In this document: positions 27,124 through 38,567 of the stretch, piece after piece
Layout: each line of letters starts with the position of its first letter
Position numbering within the stretch: position 1 is the stretch's first letter
Source of the DNA: Deltaproteobacteria bacterium
Lineage (GTDB): Bacteria; Myxococcota_A; Polyangia; Polyangiales; JADJMO01
DNA length: 64,000 nt
Assembly (NCBI GenBank): GCA_022843175.1
Contig: JALHOE010000023.1
Span: forward strand, 3,011 to 67,010
Reading direction: 5' to 3'
The notes under the pieces: model-generated
Seen by the model: the letters and a program-made list of their open reading frames with translations, nothing else
Told to the model about the DNA's origin: nothing
Database searches by the model: none
Program-made: the position numbers and the translations under genes

Positions 27124-27864
27124 ATGAGAAGCATCGTTTGGCTCACGGCACTGTCTGCGTGCATCACCATCAGCGCGAGTGCGCTGGCGCAGGACGACAC
27201 CACCACGCCGGTCTCTACGACGACGAACGGCGACGTTCACCGCGGCGTCGAGTTCGGCGCACGCCTGGGCGCGGGCCTCGGGTTCGGCTCGGTGCTGCGC
27301 AGCAACCGCACCGGCGAGAACGCCGCGCTCCTCGACAACGGCAACATCACCGTGCCGGTGCAGGTCGACATCGGCTATCGCTTCAACCGCCGCTGGTACC
27401 TCGGCGGCTTCGGCTCGGGCGCGTGGATCTCGCCGCGCAAGGGTGGGAACAGCTTCTGCCCGGACAACAACGAGAGCTGCTCCGCGAGCGTCCTCGCGCT
27501 CGGCACCAACGTGCGCTACCACTTCCGACCGGACGAGCGTTTCGATCCCTCGATCGGCCTCGGCATCGGCTACGAGTGGCTGCGCGATTCGGTCAGCGCG
27601 GGCGGGGTCGAATCCCGACGCACCTTCCGCGGCTTGCAGTGGGTGCAGTTTCAAGCCAACGGCGACTACCGCGTCGCGCCGGGGTTCGTGCTCGGTCCGT
27701 ACCTCAACGCGGCCCTCGGCCAGTACACGAACTACACCGCCGACGTCATCAACGCCGGTCCGCTGTCCGGCTATCGCTCGGGCTCGGTGGACGACATCGG
27801 CGAGAAGCGCATGCACCTCTGGGCGAGCCTCGGCGTCCGTGGCGCGTTCACCGTCGGGCTATGA
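27124..27864 (+). CDS. Secreted beta-barrel-like protein
   Basis: The signal peptide is MRSIVWLTALSACITISASALA. It has Gly/aromatic alternating strands. Confidence 0.6.
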   Translation: MRSIVWLTALSACITISASALAQDDTTTPVSTTTNGDVHRGVEFGARLGAGLGFGSVLRSNRTGENAALLDNGNITVPVQVDIGYRFNRRWYLGGFGSGAWISPRKGGNSFCPDNNESCSASVLALGTNVRYHFRPDERFDPSIGLGIGYEWLRDSVSAGGVESRRTFRGLQWVQFQANGDYRVAPGFVLGPYLNAALGQYTNYTADVINAGPLSGYRSGSVDDIGEKRMHLWASLGVRGAFTVGL

Positions 27865-27867
27865 GCC

Positions 27868-29706
27868 TCAGCGCGGCCCGTACGCCGGAGCCGGCGTGCC
27901 GCGCTCGTGGGCGCCGAGATCGGGCGCCTTGCCCGAGAAGCCGTCGTTGACGTTGGGAATGACGACCCCGACGTCCTCGGCGGCGCTCCCCGCAGCAAGC
28001 GCGAGGCTCACCGGAGCGCGCTCGGGGAAGGGGCTCGTCGGGTAGGCGACCATCGCGGCGAACACGCTCAGCGAGAGCTCCACCGCGTTCTTGTAGGTGG
28101 TCTTGCTCTTGAGGTCGGCGAGGCTCGTGAAGCTCGCGCTCCCGAGCTGGCCCTCGAACTTGCCCGTCGTCGAGCCGAACCCGTCGAAGTCGTAGTCGCC
28201 GGAGGGCGCCGCTGACGTCATGGCGATCACCTTGCCGGTGCCGCTCGAGTAGGCGCCGTAGCTGCCGCCGGGCCCGCCGAGGAACAGGTTGTTGCGGAAG
28301 TACTGCCGCGCGAACACGTCGGACGTGTAGATGCCCAGAGCGTCGCCGTTCTTCACGACGGTGTTGTGCAGCACGACGTCGCCGATGCTGCCGCGCTGCA
28401 GCTTGAACGCCGAGAGGATGACGTTGTACATCGCGTTGCGAATGAAATACGTGGGCCCGCCGAGGCCGGGCTGTGAGCTCAGCGCGATGAAGTTGTTGGT
28501 GAGCTGATTGCGCATCACGCGGCAGTTGTGCGCGCAGAAGTCGGCCTCGACGCCGTCGTCGGCGCAGTTGCGGATGTCGTTCTCGACGATGTCGATGCTG
28601 AACTGGTCCTTGGCCTCGGAGCCCTCGAGCAGCGAGATGCCGTCGCGGAAGCCGCTCACGCGGTTGTGCTCGATGACGTGGCCGGGACCGGTGACCCAGA
28701 TGCCCTCGCCGATGTTGCTGCCGTCGACGCCGAGCGCCGCGACGTTCCACTCGCTTGCGCCGGTGATCGTGTTGTCGGCGATGTAGAGGTTCTCGCTGCG
28801 GAGGGTCGCCGCGACGCCGTGCTCGGCGGTCTTGATCGTGTTCTTCACGATGGAGATGGACGTGGAGAGGTTCGCGCGGATGCGCGCGTTGACCGTGAGC
28901 CCGGTGAGGTAGAGGTGCTTGCGGCCAATCAGCGAGATCTCTCCGGTGACGGTGACCGCGCCGGCGCCGCGGAGGACGATCGGCTTGCCCTCGGCCCCGT
29001 CCTTCGGGAACGTGAAGCCCGCGTAGCTACCGGCCGCGAGCTCGATGATGTCTCCGGGTACCGCGGCGGCTGCCACCGACGCGAACGTGCTCGGCGTCGC
29101 GGGCTTGACCGGCGCGCCGGGCATCGGCGCGGGGACCGCGCGCGTGGTGAAGCCGCCGGTGCGGATCTCGCAGCCGCCGTCGGGATCGAGCAGGAACGCC
29201 TCGACCTCGTACTCGGTGGCCGGCTCGAGATCGAACAGGCTGCCCGAGTGACGGTTGCTCCACGAGTGCATCACCAGCGTGCCCGCGGGCACCCGCCGCA
29301 GCGGCATGCCCCGGCGCCACGCGGTGTCGCCCTTCTTGCGGAAGCGGACGCTGACGACGCCGTCGTTGTCGGCGTCGCCGGTGATCGCCCACTCCACCGT
29401 GGCGTTGCGAATCGTCGGAAACGGAAACGTGAGCGCGCCGGGGATCGTTCCGTTCGGTGCCGCGCCGGGGCCGCTCATTCCACCGGGGCACATCGGCGGC
29501 GGGCCGGAGTCGATCGGCCCGGTGTCCGAGGGCCCGAGGTCCGAGGGGTCGCCGTCCGGAGGCGCGGTCGAGTCCTCGACGACGACGCCATCGGCGCCGC
29601 TCGTGTCCACCGCCGAGTCGTCGACGCTCGCATCGACGTCGGCCGCCTGCTCGGAGCTACCCCCGCACGCCGTGACCAGGATCGCGAGAGCGAGGAGTGC
29701 GCGCAT
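27868..29706 (-). CDS. Right-handed parallel beta-helix lipoprotein with an FN3-like N-domain
   Basis: MRALLALAILVTAC provides the lipobox, followed by a DSG/DTG linker. PbH1-like repeats are present (NTIKTAEHG, IADNTITG, IEHNRVSG, IVENDIRN, VMRNQLTN). Confidence 0.75.
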   Translation of the reverse strand: MRALLALAILVTACGGSSEQAADVDASVDDSAVDTSGADGVVVEDSTAPPDGDPSDLGPSDTGPIDSGPPPMCPGGMSGPGAAPNGTIPGALTFPFPTIRNATVEWAITGDADNDGVVSVRFRKKGDTAWRRGMPLRRVPAGTLVMHSWSNRHSGSLFDLEPATEYEVEAFLLDPDGGCEIRTGGFTTRAVPAPMPGAPVKPATPSTFASVAAAAVPGDIIELAAGSYAGFTFPKDGAEGKPIVLRGAGAVTVTGEISLIGRKHLYLTGLTVNARIRANLSTSISIVKNTIKTAEHGVAATLRSENLYIADNTITGASEWNVAALGVDGSNIGEGIWVTGPGHVIEHNRVSGFRDGISLLEGSEAKDQFSIDIVENDIRNCADDGVEADFCAHNCRVMRNQLTNNFIALSSQPGLGGPTYFIRNAMYNVILSAFKLQRGSIGDVVLHNTVVKNGDALGIYTSDVFARQYFRNNLFLGGPGGSYGAYSSGTGKVIAMTSAAPSGDYDFDGFGSTTGKFEGQLGSASFTSLADLKSKTTYKNAVELSLSVFAAMVAYPTSPFPERAPVSLALAAGSAAEDVGVVIPNVNDGFSGKAPDLGAHERGTPAPAYGPR

Positions 29707-29710
29707 CCAT

Positions 29711-30337
29711 CTAGGATTCGCCGACCACGGGGGCGACACAAGCGCTCTCGCGACGTCCGACCAACTCGTAGTCGGCCGCGTAGTCGGCGCGAAGCTCGCC
29801 GCGATCGTCGACCATCCACGCCGGCGCCACCCGACGGGGGATCCGGACGCGCTCCTGCGGCTTGGTCTCGGTGTCGAAGATGCGATCCCAGATGGGGCTC
29901 GTGACGCCGTGGTTCTGCCGCGGGCTCTTGTGGTGGTGGTAGAGGTGGTGGCGGCGCATCCACCGGCCGTACGCGCCGCGCGGCGCGTGGGTGTGGATCC
30001 GGCGATGGAGCACCTCGTAGCCGAGGTACATCGCGGTGAGCCCGAGCGCGAACGAGAGCGCGCGGCGCGGGCCGACGACCACCGAGCCCACCGCGGTGAC
30101 GGTGCCGGTGAGGGCGACCGCGGCGATGGCCTTCTGGCTGGTCGGCGCGAAGTACATCGGATCGGTGTGGTGGGCGAGGTGCTCCTCGTTGAACGCCGCG
30201 GCGACGCCGCTCGGCGTCACCTGTGCGAGCCCGCTCGGCCGCGTGCGCTTCGGGCCGTGGCCGATGAAGCGGTGGATCAGGTACTCGCTCGCGCTCCACG
30301 TGAGCGCGCCGGCGACGAAGGCGATGGGGGCGACCAT
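29711..30337 (-). CDS. Fatty acid hydroxylase / sterol desaturase-family membrane di-iron enzyme
   Basis: The His boxes are HRFIGH, HLAHH, HRRIHTH and HHLYHHH. Confidence 0.8.
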   Translation of the reverse strand: MVAPIAFVAGALTWSASEYLIHRFIGHGPKRTRPSGLAQVTPSGVAAAFNEEHLAHHTDPMYFAPTSQKAIAAVALTGTVTAVGSVVVGPRRALSFALGLTAMYLGYEVLHRRIHTHAPRGAYGRWMRRHHLYHHHKSPRQNHGVTSPIWDRIFDTETKPQERVRIPRRVAPAWMVDDRGELRADYAADYELVGRRESACVAPVVGES

Positions 30338-30353
30338 GAGATTCTCCTGGGGT

Positions 30354-31073
30354 TTACGAAGAAGGAAGCAGCGCGCGCAGCGCGCGGGTGAGGAGGGCGC
30401 GATCGGCGCCGAGGCCGCGGAGGACGACCGTGGCCGTGTCCGTCGCGAGCGCGTCGGTGTCGGGCGCGTCGGGGGCGAGGCGACGCAGCTTCTCGAGCTG
30501 GGTGACGCCGTGCAGCGCGGCCCACAGGATCAGCGTGCGGCTGCGCGCGTCGCCCGTGTCCACGGCCTCGACCCGCGCGGCTTGCTCGAAGAGCGCCTCG
30601 ACGTCCGCAAGGAAGGCGGCGACGAGCGGCGCCGTGCGGAGCGCCTCTGCGTCGCCGATCAGCGGACGCGGATCGCCGAGGAGGACCGCGACGAGGCGGA
30701 AGGTCTCGGGGTGGGTGCGCGGCAGCGCGACGTAGGCGCGCGAGAGGGCGAGCAACGGCGCGAGCGCCGCGAGCTTCTCGGAGCGTGCGGCGAACTCGCG
30801 TTCGGTCGCCACGCGCACGCGCGTGAAGTGCTCGTGCATCGTGCTCACCGCGCGGCGCTGGAGCGCGGCGATGAGCGCGTCCTTCGAGGGGAAGTAGCGA
30901 TAGATCGCCGTGGTCACCAGGCCGAGCTCGCGGGCGACCCGCTGCAACGTCAGCCCCTCGAGGCCCTCGGCCACCAGGAGCTTCATCGCGGCGTCGAGCA
31001 GCGCCTCGGTCTTGTCCTCGCGGCGCCGGGCGTGGGGAACGAATTCGTGAACCACGTTCACAAAGTGAATCAT
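30354..31073 (-). CDS. TetR-family transcriptional regulator
   Basis: The HTH is TLQRVARELGLVTTAIYRYFPSKDALI. The start is ATG 31073 or the in-frame GTG at 31055. Confidence 0.85.
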   Translation of the reverse strand: MIHFVNVVHEFVPHARRREDKTEALLDAAMKLLVAEGLEGLTLQRVARELGLVTTAIYRYFPSKDALIAALQRRAVSTMHEHFTRVRVATEREFAARSEKLAALAPLLALSRAYVALPRTHPETFRLVAVLLGDPRPLIGDAEALRTAPLVAAFLADVEALFEQAARVEAVDTGDARSRTLILWAALHGVTQLEKLRRLAPDAPDTDALATDTATVVLRGLGADRALLTRALRALLPSS

Positions 31074-31079
31074 GTTCAC
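31047..31079. promoter_or_regulatory. Two tandem palindromes (candidate TetR operators): GTGAAC-CAC-GTTCAC and GTGAAT-CAT-GTTCAC
   Basis: They lie at 31047-31061 and 31065-31079, with centres 18 bp apart. The central CAT and CAC are the reverse-strand ATG and GTG candidate start codons of the TetR gene. Confidence 0.5.
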
Positions 31080-31138
31080 AATTCTGTCAAGGGGCGCGCG
31101 CGCGGCGTCGTGGCAGCCGTCAGCGCGAGCGGAAATCG

Positions 31139-32677
31139 TTAGGATTTCGTCAGCGCGCTCACCAGCGCCCGGACGGTCGCGGTCCCGAACGGTTTCTCGA
31201 GCACCGGCGCGCGAACCGTCTCGAGGAAGTCCCGCCCTCGCGGCGTGAAGGCCCCGCCGGTCATGAAGATGAAGCGGCCCTCGAGCTCGGGCCGGTGGAC
31301 GAGCACCTCGTCGTGGACGTCTGCGCCGGTGATCGCCGGCATCATGAGGTCGCAGAGGATCACGTCGACCGCGAGGCGTCGGTCGACAAGCGCCTCGATG
31401 GCTGCGCGACCGCTCGTCAACACGATCACCTCGTAATCGAGCGAGAGCACGCGCTCGAGCGAGCGGGCGAGCGCGGGCTCGTCGTCGACGATGAGCACCC
31501 GCGGCCGCGCGAGAGGCTGCCGCACGGGCGTCGCCGCGGGCTCCTCGCGCGCCACGGACGGTTTCGGGACCTGCTCGCCCGCCGCCGGTAGGACGATCTC
31601 GAACACGCTGCCCTCGCCCACCTTGCTGCGGACCGAGATCTCGCCGCCCATCGCCTCGACCAACCCAGCCGAGATCGAGAGGCCGAGCCCCACGCCGCCG
31701 CCGACGTCCTTGGTCGTGAAGAAGGGCTCGAAGATGCGGGTCTGCAGCTCCTCGGGGATGCCCGCGCCATTGTCGGCGATCGCGATGGTGATCCGGTCCC
31801 CGTCGCGACGCGTCGTGACTCGGATTTCGTTCTGCGCGGCGCGGCCCTCCGGCAGAGCGTGCCCGGCGTTGAGCAGCAGATTGACGAAGACCTGCGCGAG
31901 CTCGGAAGGGTTGCCGAGGACCGTGCCCACCGCGCCGAGCTCGCGGGTGACGCGCGCGCGATAGCGGATGACGTTCGACGCCATCGCGACGCTGTCCTCG
32001 AGCGTCGCGTCCACGTCGACGGGCTCGCGCTTGCCCGGATCCCCGCGCGCGAGGAGCTTCATGCTCTGCACGATCGCGCTGGCGCGCAGCGCGCTCTCGC
32101 GCGCCTCGGCGAGCGCCGTCCGCACGTCCGCCGATTGCCCGGCTTCGAGGCGCTCGAGCCCGAAGTCGAGGCTCGCGACGATCGACGCGAGGGGGTTGTT
32201 GATCTCGTGCGCGATGCCGCCGGCGAGGGTGGCCATCGCGGTGAGCCGCTCGGTTGCCCGCAGCTTGCGCTCCATGCGCCGCACCGCCTCTTCGGCATTC
32301 TTGCGCGCGGTGATGTCGACGACGAGGACGGTGAAGCCGCGGACCGTGCCGTCGACGACGTCGGAGATGTAGTGGGCCTGGGCGTACCGCGGACGACCGC
32401 CGGCCGGGTCGGGGATCTCTCGCTCGAACAGCTGATCCTCGCCGCGCAGCGCAGCCTCGATGTGCGGGCGGTTGAGCGGGTAGAGCGGGCCGAGGAGGGT
32501 CTCGATGTGCTTCCCGAGGAGCGCCTCGGGCTTCACCCCGAACCACAGCTCGTATGCCCGATTGGCGAAGCGGCACTTCAGATCGACGTCCCAGTAGGCG
32601 AGCATCGCCGGGAGCTTGTCGACGATGGCGTGCAGCTGGGCGAGCTCTCTGAGCGCTCGCCCGTCGTCTTCGGACAT
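31139..32677 (-). CDS. Hybrid sensor histidine kinase / response regulator with a PAS domain
   Basis: The H-box is HEINNPLASI, the N-box is NLLLNAGHA and G1 is DNGAGI. The C-terminal receiver contains VLIVDDEP...ILCDLMMP. Confidence 0.9.
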   Translation of the reverse strand: MSEDDGRALRELAQLHAIVDKLPAMLAYWDVDLKCRFANRAYELWFGVKPEALLGKHIETLLGPLYPLNRPHIEAALRGEDQLFEREIPDPAGGRPRYAQAHYISDVVDGTVRGFTVLVVDITARKNAEEAVRRMERKLRATERLTAMATLAGGIAHEINNPLASIVASLDFGLERLEAGQSADVRTALAEARESALRASAIVQSMKLLARGDPGKREPVDVDATLEDSVAMASNVIRYRARVTRELGAVGTVLGNPSELAQVFVNLLLNAGHALPEGRAAQNEIRVTTRRDGDRITIAIADNGAGIPEELQTRIFEPFFTTKDVGGGVGLGLSISAGLVEAMGGEISVRSKVGEGSVFEIVLPAAGEQVPKPSVAREEPAATPVRQPLARPRVLIVDDEPALARSLERVLSLDYEVIVLTSGRAAIEALVDRRLAVDVILCDLMMPAITGADVHDEVLVHRPELEGRFIFMTGGAFTPRGRDFLETVRAPVLEKPFGTATVRALVSALTKS

Positions 32678-32835
32678 CCCTCGAGAATATCAGCGCGCGC
32701 GGCCTCGACGACGCGCGACGAGCGCGAGGACATCGGTCCACGCAGATCCTGCGCCTCCGGCTGAGCCCCGGGGTGGAGCAGCCGCCCCTCTCGGATGAGC
32801 GAGTGAGAAGGATCCCCGGCTGATACGCTTCCGCC

Positions 32836-33450
32836 ATGCGCGCGGCATGGATGGCCCTTCTCGTCCTCGGCTGCCGGGGGCCGGTCGCGGCGACGCCTCC
32901 GCCCAACGATCAGCTGCGCATGGCCTTCGTCTACGGCGCTCCCGGCGAGAAGGGCTTCACCAGAATGGTCTCGATCCAGACTTACGGGAGCGCCGCGCAG
33001 CGCGGGCAGCACTGGACCGTCGTCGACGCCGAGGGCTTCGTCGCGGACGTCGAGATCACCGAGCCCGAGCCCGGCGAGTGCGATCACTGCCCGCCGTACC
33101 GCATGCTCGCGCGCGTCGTCGAGCATCGCGCGAAGTGGGGCACGAACTACGTCGCGATCGGTCCCGCGACCGGCGCGCTCCGCAGCGCTCGCATCATCAA
33201 GTCGAACTGGCAGTGGCACAGCCAGCTCGACGACAAGCTCTTCACGCTCGAGCTCGAGGTCGACGCAGACGGAGACGGGGTCGGCGATCTCGCGCGCTAC
33301 GTGCGCGGCCCGCGGGTCGAGTACGAGCTCCGCGCTCGGATCGACGGCGCGTGGATCGCGCGCGAGCGTTGGCTGACCGACGACATCCTCGACGTGCAGG
33401 ACAAGTGCCCGGAGGTCCCGTCGGAAGGCGACGACGGCTGCCCTCGGTAG
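32836..33450 (+). CDS. Lipoprotein, unknown function
   Basis: MRAAWMALLVLGC provides the lipobox. GC3 is high. Confidence 0.55.
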   Translation: MRAAWMALLVLGCRGPVAATPPPNDQLRMAFVYGAPGEKGFTRMVSIQTYGSAAQRGQHWTVVDAEGFVADVEITEPEPGECDHCPPYRMLARVVEHRAKWGTNYVAIGPATGALRSARIIKSNWQWHSQLDDKLFTLELEVDADGDGVGDLARYVRGPRVEYELRARIDGAWIARERWLTDDILDVQDKCPEVPSEGDDGCPR

Positions 33451-33503
33451 CCGCTTTCCGCGCACGATCGTTGCTCGGCCGTCCACCCAACGTGGAGGCT
33501 CCC

Positions 33504-34919
33504 ATGACGAAGAAATGGCTGCTGGGCGCAACGCTCGTCGTCGCGTGCAGTTCGGACGCGATGAACGAGGAACCGTACTTCTGCGACGAGCGAACTCGCC
33601 ACACCGAGGCTCCGCTGATCCCGAAGACGTATGCGCCGTTCCTCGATTTCGACGAGGGCGGGGCGAGCGCTGCCGAGATCGCGTTGACCTTCGATGACGG
33701 TCCGGATTGGTCGTACACCCAGCGCGTGCTCGATACGCTGAAGTCGACCGGCGTGCGCGCCACGTTCTTCATCAACACGAAGAATGCGATCGACGTCGAC
33801 AACAACAGCACCGGCAGGGCGCTCGTTCAGCGCATGGTCAACGAGGGGCACCACGTGGGCAACCACACCGTCCACCACCAGGACCTCGGATCGACCTCGA
33901 CGAACGTCAGCGCGGAGTTGACCGGTGTGCTGACCACGTTGCGCAACGTCGCGCCCTCGGCGCTCGCCACGCGCCTCTGGCGCGCCCCCTACGGCAACCC
34001 CTGGTTCGGCCCGCAGTCGCGCCTCGACACGCTCGCGCCCACGTTCGCGAAGGCCGGGGTGCACATCGGGTGGGACATCGATTCGGTCGACTGGGCCTGC
34101 GGCACTGCACAGTGCGTGATCGACAACGTGCTGAACGACGTCGACGCCGGCAAGAGCGGCGTCGTCCTGCTGCACAGCATCAACGCGCTCACGGCGAGCG
34201 CGCTCCCGACGCTCATCAGCCGCCTGAAGAGCCGCGGCAAGCGGTTCATCTTCGTCGAGGACCTGGTCGTTCGAAAGTACGGCGCGCGCTCAACCCGTTT
34301 GATTGTCTGCTCGACCAACGCGGACTGCTACGGCGGCGACCGCTGCGGCAGCGACAGCCGCTGCTCCGGCAGCACGACGACCGACACCGGCGTGGATACC
34401 GGCGCGGTGACGGACGCGGCCGTGGCCGACACGTCCGTTGGCGACGCCGCGTCGACCTCCGTCTCGCTCGCGTGCGGGGCACTCACCGTGGAGTCGGGCG
34501 CGATCGGTGGCCCCGGCGCGCCGACGGCGTGCAGCGGCGGGCCCCCCTCGCTCGCGAGCAGCGACGGCAACTACGTGGCGTGGCTCGAGCGCATCCCGCG
34601 GACGAGCGCCTATGCGACCTTCACCATGCCGACCGGCGTGACGGTCGACTCGCTGCGCGTCGACGTCCGGTTCCTCGGCGACGACGCGACCGAACCGCTC
34701 TGGTACTTCTACGCGCGCAACGTGAGCACGGGCACGTGGACGCTCCTCGGCGACAACTCGTGGGCGGGCAACTGGGTGTGGACCGATCACTCGTTCACGG
34801 TCCCGAGCCCGAGCGCCCACGTCGACGCGCTCGGCCGCATCCAGGTGCGCATGACGACGCTCGAGAGCAACAACAGCGCGGAGCTCGATCGCCTGCGCGT
34901 CCAAGCCACCTACCACTGA
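33504..34919 (+). CDS. Polysaccharide deacetylase (NodB / CE4) lipoprotein with a C-terminal beta-sandwich domain
   Basis: A GGAGG SD is present and LGATLVVAC provides the lipobox. CE4 motifs are TFDDGP, GNHTVHH and WRAPYG. Confidence 0.85.
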   Translation: MTKKWLLGATLVVACSSDAMNEEPYFCDERTRHTEAPLIPKTYAPFLDFDEGGASAAEIALTFDDGPDWSYTQRVLDTLKSTGVRATFFINTKNAIDVDNNSTGRALVQRMVNEGHHVGNHTVHHQDLGSTSTNVSAELTGVLTTLRNVAPSALATRLWRAPYGNPWFGPQSRLDTLAPTFAKAGVHIGWDIDSVDWACGTAQCVIDNVLNDVDAGKSGVVLLHSINALTASALPTLISRLKSRGKRFIFVEDLVVRKYGARSTRLIVCSTNADCYGGDRCGSDSRCSGSTTTDTGVDTGAVTDAAVADTSVGDAASTSVSLACGALTVESGAIGGPGAPTACSGGPPSLASSDGNYVAWLERIPRTSAYATFTMPTGVTVDSLRVDVRFLGDDATEPLWYFYARNVSTGTWTLLGDNSWAGNWVWTDHSFTVPSPSAHVDALGRIQVRMTTLESNNSAELDRLRVQATYH

Positions 34920-34929
34920 ATCAGCGGCC

Positions 34930-35142
34930 TCAGCGCCGTCGCGAACGACCGCGGATTCGCACCCGCGGGACGATCAACGCGGCGGCGCTGACGAGGCCGG
35001 ACAGGATGAGGATCCCCTTGATCGACGTGGTCGACGTCGGTGACTCCTTCTGCGCGTGCGGGCGTCGATGCCCGCCCTCGATCGGTTCGCAACCGATCGT
35101 CAACAGAGCCACCACCAGCGCGGTTCGTGTTGCTCGCTTCAT
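34930..35142 (-). CDS. Possible 70-aa protein with an N-terminal lipobox and a C-terminal hydrophobic + Arg-rich anchor
   Basis: It begins MKRATRTALVVALLTIGC and ends GILILSGLVSAAALIVPRVRIRGRSRRR. GC3 is mostly G/C. No homology was recognised. Confidence 0.35.
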   Translation of the reverse strand: MKRATRTALVVALLTIGCEPIEGGHRRPHAQKESPTSTTSIKGILILSGLVSAAALIVPRVRIRGRSRRR

Positions 35143-35248
35143 GCGCGGCCGTGGAGCAAGCCGCGTGCGCGTCGAGGGAGGTTCGCTCGATGCGTTTGTG
35201 CGATGCCGCAACGAAGCCCGCTTCGCGACGAGCCGCAGAACCTGCAGC

Positions 35249-37461
<2,213 letters not shown>

Positions 37462-37535
37462 GCGCCAAGCATGGTGCCGACGCACGCCGACGGCTCGAGA
37501 TTTTTGCGGCAGAGATGTCTCTCACGGGAGACGGT

Positions 37536-38459
37536 TCAACAGTCGAGGCAGGTCCATTCGACGGTGCCGCTGCTCGTTCCGAAGCGCTCCGCGGTGTACT
37601 TCTCGATATCGATGAGGAAGCCGGTGCTCTTCGCGTTCGCGGTGCAGCAACCGCTGCAGTCGGTGTCGGCACACATGTCGTAGACGGTGACGTCGATCTC
37701 CTTGGTCCCCTGGCGGAGCCGCAGGGTCTTCATCTTGTAGCTGCCGAAGTCCTTCGAGTGCACGGCCGCGATGTTGTGCGACTTGACCCAGGCCTCGGTC
37801 TGCTTGCCGTCGAGCGCGGCGAACTGACCGGCCCACGTGCAGCCGCTGTAGGCGATGCATTCCTCACTGCCGGGGTCGGGGTACGAGGTGAACGTGGTGA
37901 GGTTGGCCTTGCGCCACGCCGAGGTGATCGGGCCCGTGTCCGCGACCGCGGTGCCGGTGTCGGCGACGCTGGTGTCGGCGACGCTGGTGTCGGCTGCGGG
38001 CTTGGTGTCGGGCGTCGTCGAATCGACGGCGACCTTGGTGTCGGGCGTCGTCGAATCGGCGGCGACCTTGGTGTCGGGCTTCGACGAGTCGACGGCCACC
38101 GAGGTGTCGGGCGCGGAGGGCTTGCTCGTGTCGGCCACCACGCTGGTGTCGGCGGCGACGCTCGAATCGGGGAGCTCGGCCGCGCCGGAGTCCGCGCTCG
38201 GCGCCGTGCTCGCATCGTCGGTCGCGGGCGACTCCGGCGTCGGCTCGGTCGACGCCGTGCCGGTGTCCGCGGCCTCCGGCTCGGTCGACGGCTTCGGATC
38301 CGCGGCGGGTGAGAAGGAGCCGGTGTCCGCGGCCTCGTTCTCGGTCGCGGAGGGCGCCGTGGGCGCGGGCTCGTCCTGCGTGGGGTCGGTACCGCCGCCG
38401 CCGCCGCCGCAACCAGCGGTCATGAGCGTCGCCAGGATGAGTGCAACGTGGGTCTTCAT
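37536..38459 (-). CDS. Lipoprotein with a long Asp/Thr/Ser/Pro-rich repeat linker and a Cys-rich C-terminal DPBB/expansin-like domain (tentative)
   Basis: LILATLMTAGC provides the lipobox. The C-terminus contains ECIAYSGCTWAGQFA...IDVTVYDMCADTDCSGCCTANA...EWTCLDC. Confidence 0.7.
   Translation of the reverse strand: MKTHVALILATLMTAGCGGGGGGTDPTQDEPAPTAPSATENEAADTGSFSPAADPKPSTEPEAADTGTASTEPTPESPATDDASTAPSADSGAAELPDSSVAADTSVVADTSKPSAPDTSVAVDSSKPDTKVAADSTTPDTKVAVDSTTPDTKPAADTSVADTSVADTGTAVADTGPITSAWRKANLTTFTSYPDPGSEECIAYSGCTWAGQFAALDGKQTEAWVKSHNIAAVHSKDFGSYKMKTLRLRQGTKEIDVTVYDMCADTDCSGCCTANAKSTGFLIDIEKYTAERFGTSSGTVEWTCLDC
38001..38099 (-). repeat. Three tandem 33-nt (11-aa) coding repeats inside the lipoprotein linker
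   Basis: CTTGGTGTCGGGCGTCGTCGAATCGACGGCGAC occurs twice nearly identically, plus one diverged copy. It encodes VA[VA]DS[TS][TK]PDTK. Confidence 0.8.
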
Positions 38460-38567
38460 GGCCGGCCCCTATCGCAAGCTCGAAGCCGACGTGATTGGGC
38501 TTGTTTTCTCGGGTGAACGCGGCTCGAACTGTCTCCTTCGCAGAGAACTGTCTCCGCGCCGAGACGC

